A stretch of DNA of 17,601 nt from the NCBI GenBank assembly GCA_050015075.1, contig JBEKCB010000053.1, positions 1 through 17,601 on the forward strand. Direction: 5' to 3'. The stretch is from Candidatus Brocadiia bacterium (lineage in GTDB: Bacteria > Planctomycetota > Brocadiia > CAIUPP01). Under the pieces are notes generated by a model, which saw only the letters and a list, made by a program, of their open reading frames with translations, was not told the DNA's origin and ran no database searches. Positions 8,814 to 14,591 of this stretch are shown piece by piece (positions within the stretch are counted from its first letter, which is position 1; each line of letters opens with the position of its first letter). Both the position numbers and the translations under genes were made by a program.

Positions 8814-9437
8814 GGCCCGCAGCACTGGTGGCCGGGCGACACGGCGTTCGAGATGATGGTCGGGGCGATCCTCACGCAGAACACGAACTGGGGCAACGCC
8901 GAACGCGCAATCGCGAACCTCAAGGCCGCCGGCGTCCTGGACCCGCGCCGCCTGGCGGAACTGCCGCCGGCCCGGCTCGCCGAACTCATTCGCCCTTCCG
9001 GCTGCTTCCGCGTCAAGGCGAAACGGCTGCGCGAGTTCGCACTCTGGCTGCGGCGCAGCCCCCTGCGGGCGGGAAACGGGCGGGTGCGCACGGAGCGGCT
9101 GCGGCGCGAACTTCTCGGCGTCCACGGCATCGGCCCGGAGACGGCCGACTCGATCCTGCTCTACGCGCTCCGCCGCAGAAAGTTCGTCGTGGACGCGTAC
9201 ACGCGCCGGTTCCTCGCGCGTCACGGGCTGATCGCGCCGCGCGCGACGTACGCGGAGATCCAGTCGCTCTTCGAGCGCAACCTGCCTCCGTCGCGGCGAC
9301 TTTACAACGAGTATCACGCGCTGATCGTGCGCCTCGGCAAGGAATTCTGCCGCGCGAAACCGCGCTGCGGCCGCTGCCCGCTGCAGCCTCTCCTCGGCGC
9401 AGCGGCGCCTTGCGGCCGCGTTGTGAAAAGGAATTAA
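8718..9437 (+). CDS. Endonuclease III-related HhH-GPD DNA glycosylase (start could be the downstream ATG at 8776 region)
   Basis: FGPQHWWPGD.AFEMMVGAILTQNTNW, IRPSG, HhH LLGVHGIGPETADSILLY, VVDAYTRR, EYHALIV, CRAKPRCGRCPL. Confidence 0.92.
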   Translation: MRSAERRVETGRAKPEPNSMLHSAFCTLHSAFGPQHWWPGDTAFEMMVGAILTQNTNWGNAERAIANLKAAGVLDPRRLAELPPARLAELIRPSGCFRVKAKRLREFALWLRRSPLRAGNGRVRTERLRRELLGVHGIGPETADSILLYALRRRKFVVDAYTRRFLARHGLIAPRATYAEIQSLFERNLPPSRRLYNEYHALIVRLGKEFCRAKPRCGRCPLQPLLGAAAPCGRVVKRN

Positions 9438-9709
9438 TGAACGACAAGCCGAAACTTCGGCCGATCAAGGCGATCCCGTTCAGCTCCGGCGGCGAGCGGC
9501 TCGTCTGCCTGCGCGACGGCTCGGGCGCTTCGAAGAAAACCGTCCTCCTTCCGCCGCGCGCGTTCATGATCGCGGCGCTCTTCGACGGAGAACACACCCT
9601 CGACGAAATCCGCGCCGAGTACGCCGCGCGCTTCGGCGAGCCGATTCTGGCCGAGACGGTCCAGGACGTCCTGCGCCAGCTCGAGGAGGCGCGGCTGATC
9701 GAAGATTGA
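9437..9709 (+). CDS. Small stand-alone PqqD/RRE-like winged-helix protein (90 aa)
   Basis: ATG overlaps the upstream TAA (TAATG). MNDKPKLRPIKAIP...LVCLRD...LFDGEHTLDEIRAEYAARFG...VLRQLEEARLIE shows the 3-strand + DG.xT..EI helical pattern of PqqD-like domains. Confidence 0.7.
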   Translation: MNDKPKLRPIKAIPFSSGGERLVCLRDGSGASKKTVLLPPRAFMIAALFDGEHTLDEIRAEYAARFGEPILAETVQDVLRQLEEARLIED

Positions 9710-9717
9710 CACACGCA

Positions 9718-9824
9718 TTCACCACGACGACACTGTGAGCACTATGGAACTGCTGTTGCTGCAATCCGCTGTTCCTGCTGTTCGTTGCGTGGTGTTCGTT
9801 GTGCCCGTTGTGTCGTTGTGGTGA
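9718..9824. repeat. Second copy of the 9-bp-period inverted repeat (hairpin C2)
   Basis: ttcaccacgacgacactgtgagcactatg (9718-9746) and cgttgtgcccgttgtgtcgttgtggtga (9797-9824); the reverse complement of the right arm matches 2711-2738 at 24/28. Confidence 0.8.
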
Positions 9825-9935
9825 TAGCTCGTGTCGTTGTCGCAGACGTTGCGGCCGAATCCGACTTGACTGCAAACGCATTTACCGATAAAAAGGCTTC
9901 CCGAGGCGCCGTGCGCCGGCTCGGAGGGACCGATT

Positions 9936-10604
9936 GTGACATTGACGAAAAGATTGCTCGTCGCGCGCCATGTCCTGGGCGCGTTTACCGAGAGCAAGAC
10001 TTTGGCGAAACTGGCCTCCCTGTGCGCGATCATCGTACTCGTGACCGGCTTCGCCGCGGCGATCCTCCATTCTCCCACCGCCCTCTTCGCGCTGGTGCTC
10101 TCGCTCGCGCTCTGCGCTTACCTCCTCTGGACCATCGCGCCGGCCCTGCACGACCTCGACGCGAAGATCGTGCAGTTGGTCCGGCTGGAGATCGGCGGCC
10201 ACGGGCTGATCATTGACTTCGAGAAGCCCGACGGGCGCGCCTTCCTCTCCGGCGAAGTGAAGCTGGAGAACGCCACCGGATGCGACATCCGGCTGAAGAG
10301 TTACGCCTTCGAGCAGGTCGGGATTGATTCGCCGGGCGCCGCTCCGATGACGCTTCAGGCGCCGGAATCCACGTGCGACGATGTCGTTCCACACGATGCG
10401 TCGCGCTTCATCAAACTGGAAAGGCACGAGTTTTTCGGCGGGCGCGAGAGCCTCGGCGAGGCGGCCTGCGTGCCCATGAAGCTGACCGTCTCGGTCCGTT
10501 TCGAAGTCGAGGGCGAACACATCACCGCGCCCGCAAGCCGCACCCTGCAATGCTACGCGTTCATCCGGTCCGCCCCGCGCGAGAAAATGCTGCTGCTGAC
10601 GTAG
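9936..10604 (+). CDS. Hypothetical membrane protein (2 TM + beta-rich domain, possibly LEA_2-like)
   Basis: GGAGG upstream of GTG; two hydrophobic segments; GEVKLENATGCDIRLKSY beta pattern; coding-like codon usage. Confidence 0.6.
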   Translation: MTLTKRLLVARHVLGAFTESKTLAKLASLCAIIVLVTGFAAAILHSPTALFALVLSLALCAYLLWTIAPALHDLDAKIVQLVRLEIGGHGLIIDFEKPDGRAFLSGEVKLENATGCDIRLKSYAFEQVGIDSPGAAPMTLQAPESTCDDVVPHDASRFIKLERHEFFGGRESLGEAACVPMKLTVSVRFEVEGEHITAPASRTLQCYAFIRSAPREKMLLLT

Positions 10605-10610
10605 CCGCTC

Positions 10611-10659
10611 GTAGTGTGCCCGTAAGGGCATACGAAGCAGCGCCTTACGGCGCCACTAC
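10611..10659. repeat. GTAG-type REP doublet (REPIN-like) between convergent genes
   Basis: GTAGTGTGCCCGTAAGGGCA (10611-10630) and, on the minus strand, GTAGTGGCGCCGTAAGGCGC (10659-10640); each is GTAG plus a short stem with a GTAA loop. Confidence 0.8.
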
Positions 10660-10665
10660 AAACCG

Positions 10666-11241
10666 TCACTTCGCCCCTCGTTCCCTGAGGAATATCACGA
10701 TGTCGTTGTGGCCGAATTCCTCCGCCAGGCTCAGCGGAGTCTGGCCCTTGCCGTCCGCCGCGTTCATGTCGCCGCCGTAGTGCAGCAACCTCTTCAGCAC
10801 GCCCATCTCGCCTTGCTTGCAGGCGATGTGGAGCGCCGTCCAGCCGTCGCTCAGCGCCGCGCGGGTGTCCGCGCCGCCGGCCAGCAGCAAATCCGCAACA
10901 TCGTAACCCCCGCGCGAAATCGCCAACTGCAGCGGAGTCCACCGGGCATTGTTGGCCGCATTGACATCGGCGCCTTTTTCGAGGAGCAGCCGGACGACCG
11001 CTTTCCGGCCGCGCCCGGCCGCCGCGCACAGCGCCGTGTTGCCATCGGCGACGCGGCCGTTGATATCCGCCCCGTGACTGAGAAGGGAAGTCACGGAATG
11101 GAGATCGCCCTCGCCGGCGGCCCGCACGAGGAACCATATCTTCTCGTTGTCGCGTCGCACGGCCTTGGCGTCGCTGCGCCCGAGAAGCCGGTCCAGCAGC
11201 GACATGAACAGCACTGCCACAGCGATCGCCGCACAGGCCAT
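10666..11241 (-). CDS. Ankyrin-repeat protein (about 4-5 repeats); start 11241 or 11205
   Basis: GNTALCAAA...LLEKGADVN, WTPLQLA, GWTALHIAC, GQTPLSLA; AAGGG upstream of ATG 11241. The extension to 11595 is not coding-like. Confidence 0.9.
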   Translation of the reverse strand: MACAAIAVAVLFMSLLDRLLGRSDAKAVRRDNEKIWFLVRAAGEGDLHSVTSLLSHGADINGRVADGNTALCAAAGRGRKAVVRLLLEKGADVNAANNARWTPLQLAISRGGYDVADLLLAGGADTRAALSDGWTALHIACKQGEMGVLKRLLHYGGDMNAADGKGQTPLSLAEEFGHNDIVIFLRERGAK

Positions 11242-11410
11242 CGCAATCCCTTTCGATTGCCGAACCCCTCGTTCGCAACCGAGCCTATTCCCGCCCGCGC
11301 GACAGTATACTACGGTTCGGCCCCGGATTCCAGATTTTTTCGGCCGGCGCACCGCCGCCTGGAGAAATCCAACGCGCCGTGCGCCATGCGCCCGTTCAGC
11401 CGCCCGCTCC

Positions 11411-11438
11411 TTGAAAACGCCTCGATGCGTGCTATGAT
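11411..11438 (+). promoter_or_regulatory. Putative sigma70 promoter for the zf-TFIIB / M48 operon
   Basis: TTGAAA (11411-11416), 16 bp spacer, extended TGcTATGAT (-10 at 11433-11438). Confidence 0.5.
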
Positions 11439-11465
11439 GTCCGCGACAGGGGTTCAGCGCGGTGG

Positions 11466-11894
11466 ATGACCATGCTTTGTCCGGTGTGCAGCACGCAGAT
11501 GCTGACGCTCGAGTTCGCGCAGATCGAGATTGATTACTGCCGCGAGTGCGGCGGCGCCTGGCTGGATTCCGGCGAGGCCGCACTGATCGGCGCACGGGCG
11601 GGGACTTTGGAAGCCGGCCTGCGGGCCGCGCTCGATGCGGCGTCGGCCGGCGCGGGCAAGCCGGACCGCAAGCGCCGCTGCCCGGTCTGCCGGAAGCCCA
11701 TGTCGCGGCACTCGCCGCCGGAACTCGCCCCGGCCGGCGCGGACCGCTGCCGGCAGCGGCACGGCCTGTGGTTCGACCGCGGGGAATTGAGGAATCTGAT
11801 CGAGATTTTCGGCGCGGCGCAGGACGATGCCCTGGGCCGATTCTTCGCGCAGTTGGAACGGCAGCGGCAAAAAGAGCATCCTTCGACCGGTTGA
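11466..11894 (+). CDS. Double zinc-ribbon (zf-TFIIB family) protein
   Basis: CPVC..M...IDYCRECGGAWLDSGE and CPVC..M...DRCRQRHGLWFDRGEL. Confidence 0.88.
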   Translation: MTMLCPVCSTQMLTLEFAQIEIDYCRECGGAWLDSGEAALIGARAGTLEAGLRAALDAASAGAGKPDRKRRCPVCRKPMSRHSPPELAPAGADRCRQRHGLWFDRGELRNLIEIFGAAQDDALGRFFAQLERQRQKEHPSTG

Positions 11895-11916
11895 GATCCG
11901 CGGCAGCGAGTGAGCC

Positions 11917-13383
11917 ATGTGGGAAGAAATCCGCGCCAACCGCCGGCGGTCGGCGACGCTCATATTGCTATTCGTCATCATGCTGCTGGCGATTGGGTAC
12001 GCCGGCGGCACCGCTTACCAGTGGAAGAGGGAGAGGACGGCTGCTGCGCTGCGGGCGTGGGGAACTGCGGACCCCTTCGCGGCCTACATACCCCGGTCGG
12101 AGTTCATCGGACTGGCCTGCACTGCGTTACTGGCGCTCGTCGCGGCGCCCCTGGCGTGGTATTGGGGATCGGGACTGCTCCTGCAGAGCGCCGGCGCGCA
12201 CGAGATCGAACAGGCTGAGTCGCCCATCCTCTTCGATATCGTCGCCGAGATGACCCTCGCCGCCGGGCTGCCGAAGCCGCCGAAGGTGTACATCATAGAC
12301 TGCGACGCGCCCAACTCCTTTTCCGTGGGAACTCCCGAAGACTCCGCCATCGCCGTGACCACCGGTCTGCTCATGCGCCTCAACCGGGATGAACTGCAGG
12401 GGGTGATCGGGCACGAGGTCGCCCACATCCGCAACGAAGACGCGCGCTACATGACCCTTGCCACCGCGCTGCTGGGCATGGTCTCGCTGTGCTCCTTCGC
12501 GTTCCTGGGCACAGGCGGCTGGGGCAGCGGGCAGCGCCGGCCCGGCGGCGGGAGCGTCGGTCCGGGCGATATTATCGGGATCGTGTCGCTGCCCTTCCTC
12601 ATCCTGTCGCCGATAACGGCCCGGCTGCTGTACCTGGCCTGCTCGCGACGGCGCCAGTATCTCGCCGACGCGTGCTCGGCCTCGTACACGCGCTACCCCG
12701 AAGGACTCGCCTCGGCCCTGGAGAAGATCGCGCAGGACCGCGACGGCATGGGCGAGGCGAGCGACGAGCTGGCGCCGATGTTCATCGTCAACCCGCTGGC
12801 GGTGGACGGCGGTGAAGGGTTCTTCAGCACGCACCCGCCCACGGCCGATCGCATCCGGATACTCCGCTCGATGTCCGGCGGCGCCGGCCTGGCGGACTAC
12901 GAGGATGCGTACGCGCTGCGGCACATCGAGCCGCTCCTGAGTGTCGCCGGCCTGGCCCAGTCGGCGCGAGCCGCCGCGCGGGCCCCGAGCGCCGAGCCGG
13001 AAAAGCCCGTCCTGGCCCGCGCCCGCGACGCCGTGGACATCATCCACCGCCTGCAAGGCGCGCTCTTCATCCCGTGCGCGTGCGGGCTGAAGATCAAAGT
13101 CCCCTACGACTACATAGCGCCGACGATTACCTGCCCGATCTGCGCGCGCGTCATGCCGATCCCCACCGCCGCGCCGCCCGCGGCGTCCGCTGCGGGGGAA
13201 ATTTCACCGGCGGCTCAACCGGCGGCCGTCCCCGGCGGCCCGGCGACATTCCGCTATACGCCCGGCCGCTGGCAGTCCTTCCGATGCGCCTGCGGCGCCA
13301 CCGTCCAATTGAGCCCGAACCTGCACGCCAGGAGAGTCTACTGCCCCAAGTGCAACGCCGAGACGGAAATCGTGTTGCCCTGA
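11917..13383 (+). CDS. htpX: HtpX-like M48 zinc metalloprotease with two C-terminal zinc ribbons
   Basis: MWEEIRANRRRS + TMs, PKVYII, PNSF, AVTTGLL..LNRDELQGVIGHEVAH, YPEGLASALEKI, FSTHPP..RI; C-terminal CACG..CPIC and CACG..CPKC. Confidence 0.85.
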   Translation: MWEEIRANRRRSATLILLFVIMLLAIGYAGGTAYQWKRERTAAALRAWGTADPFAAYIPRSEFIGLACTALLALVAAPLAWYWGSGLLLQSAGAHEIEQAESPILFDIVAEMTLAAGLPKPPKVYIIDCDAPNSFSVGTPEDSAIAVTTGLLMRLNRDELQGVIGHEVAHIRNEDARYMTLATALLGMVSLCSFAFLGTGGWGSGQRRPGGGSVGPGDIIGIVSLPFLILSPITARLLYLACSRRRQYLADACSASYTRYPEGLASALEKIAQDRDGMGEASDELAPMFIVNPLAVDGGEGFFSTHPPTADRIRILRSMSGGAGLADYEDAYALRHIEPLLSVAGLAQSARAAARAPSAEPEKPVLARARDAVDIIHRLQGALFIPCACGLKIKVPYDYIAPTITCPICARVMPIPTAAPPAASAAGEISPAAQPAAVPGGPATFRYTPGRWQSFRCACGATVQLSPNLHARRVYCPKCNAETEIVLP

Positions 13384-13410
13384 AGCGCGCTCTCCCGGCA
13401 TGCCGGAACG

Positions 13411-13938
13411 TTACGACTGAGACCAGACGACCTTGCCGTTCTCGTCGGCCAGGTGCAGCTTCGACCCGTCCTCAACCACGCGCAGCACGGCGCGGTCCTT
13501 GCCGTGCTCGTCGGCCAGGTGCAGCGTCGAGCCGCCCGCATCCGTGGAAGGCGCGGCGCGCTCCTTGGCGTTTTCATCGGAAAGCTTCAGCGCCGGCCCT
13601 TCGTTGAACACGCCCAGCGCGGCGCGGAACCTGTTCTTTTCCGCCAGGAATAGCGCCTCGGCGAGTGACGGGCTCTCCTTGCCCTGGAAGACCTCGGCCA
13701 GCTTGTCGGCGAGGCAGGCGGGTCTCATCCTGCCCTGCGCTTTTCTTGCGCGCTTCTTCTCTGGCTTCTTTCCGGCGCGCTTCAGGGCCGCCTGAGCTTC
13801 GCCCAAGGCTCGCAACTCGGCGATCTGCCGGTCGAGCGCTTCTCTCCTAGCGATAAGTTGCGGAAGTGTCCTCTGGCGTCGAAGCAGCTCATTCTTCAGC
13901 TCCTCGACTGACATCTTCGCGAACTTCGCTCTCGGCAT
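13411..13938 (-). CDS. Small basic coiled-coil protein with C-terminal LxLxDENGK beta-repeats (possible chimera or pseudogene)
   Basis: GAGAGGAAGG RBS before ATG 13938; MPRAKFAKMSVEELKNELLRR coiled coil, K/R-rich linker, then about 3 repeats with a 22-aa period. Confidence 0.6.
   Translation of the reverse strand: MPRAKFAKMSVEELKNELLRRQRTLPQLIARREALDRQIAELRALGEAQAALKRAGKKPEKKRARKAQGRMRPACLADKLAEVFQGKESPSLAEALFLAEKNRFRAALGVFNEGPALKLSDENAKERAAPSTDAGGSTLHLADEHGKDRAVLRVVEDGSKLHLADENGKVVWSQS
13431..13525. repeat. 66-bp-period coding direct repeat
   Basis: ccttgccgt(t/g)ctcgtcggccaggtgcagc at 13431-13459 and 13497-13525 (LHLADE.GK). Confidence 0.8.
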
Positions 13939-13999
13939 GGCCTTCCTCTCGTTCACGAAGATTGCCGGAACTCTTCGCGCCTCGGCAACTCTGCGGACA

Positions 14000-14293
14000 T
14001 TACGCCGCGCGCAACGCCGGGCGGAAATGCTGTTGTCCTGAAACGCGCGTGAACTTTGAGGCATACGCCAGGTCGGGAATGCCGGCGGGGCGCGTCCACG
14101 CGGGTGGAATCGCCGCGGTCTTGAGGGTGCGCAGCGTCTCCGTCTTCGCGGACCAGGAATGCATGTCCTGCGGGTAGGATCGCACACTGCGCGCGTCCAG
14201 CCAGATGCCCATGCGCTCGAAGATGCCCCACACTCGAATCGCGAAAGATCTTCGCACTGCGTCGCACGAACTTCCGCTCCGCGTCGTACTCAT
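14000..14293 (-). CDS. Hypothetical 97-aa protein
   Basis: ATG 14293 lies about 30 nt downstream of the predicted sigma54 start and co-oriented with the 13938 gene; GGAAAGG upstream but at long spacing; no recognised motif. Confidence 0.4.
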   Translation of the reverse strand: MSTTRSGSSCDAVRRSFAIRVWGIFERMGIWLDARSVRSYPQDMHSWSAKTETLRTLKTAAIPPAWTRPAGIPDLAYASKFTRVSGQQHFRPALRAA

Positions 14294-14335
14294 GTCTGTA
14301 CCGTTTGCCTTTCCATTGCCACCGGCATGGAACAA

Positions 14336-14351
14336 AGCAAGGCGCGTGCCT
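14336..14351 (-). promoter_or_regulatory. Sigma54 (-24/-12) promoter
   Basis: Minus strand aGGCACG-cgcc-TTGCT vs consensus TGGCACG-N4-TTGCW; GG-N10-GC spacing is exact. Confidence 0.7.
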
Positions 14352-14499
14352 TTGCGCGGAGAAAAAGGGCATTCGGCCGACGGCGGAGGCGCCTTGCAGG
14401 CAAAGCGTGGATTTTACAGGGCCGGATTGAAATCGCCGCCCCAGAATCTCTCAAATGCAAGCCCGACAGCCAGTAGCACCTCAGCCGCGATGTAACATG

Positions 14500-14560
14500 T
14501 GTAGCGAATCTGACAGGTGAATGTTCTAAAAGATGCCAGGGGTGGTCTAAAAAACGCCAG
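14500..14560. promoter_or_regulatory. Candidate enhancer (UAS) sites for a sigma54 activator
   Basis: TGT-N10-ACA (14500-14515), then tgttctaaaagatgcca (14522-14538) and tggtctaaaaaacgcca (14543-14559), spaced 22 and 21 bp. Confidence 0.45.
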
Positions 14561-14591
14561 AATATAAGATCGCCGGACGAGGCCGCTCGGA

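Noticed and set aside
2910-9709. RiPP cluster (transglutaminase-like + C39 peptidase + PqqD/RRE)
   Set aside because: The genes are in three separate transcription units, no precursor or maturase is visible, and the transglutaminase is explained by the MoxR-DUF58 triad.
11242-11595. N-terminal extension of the ankyrin ORF to 11595
   Set aside because: It overlaps the divergent promoter region and the zf-TFIIB gene, and its composition is not coding-like.
14337-14397. 9-bp inverted repeat gcaaggcgc/gcgccttgc as a structured RNA
   Set aside because: Short, GC-rich and upstream of the predicted transcription start; the left arm is explained as the sigma54 promoter.
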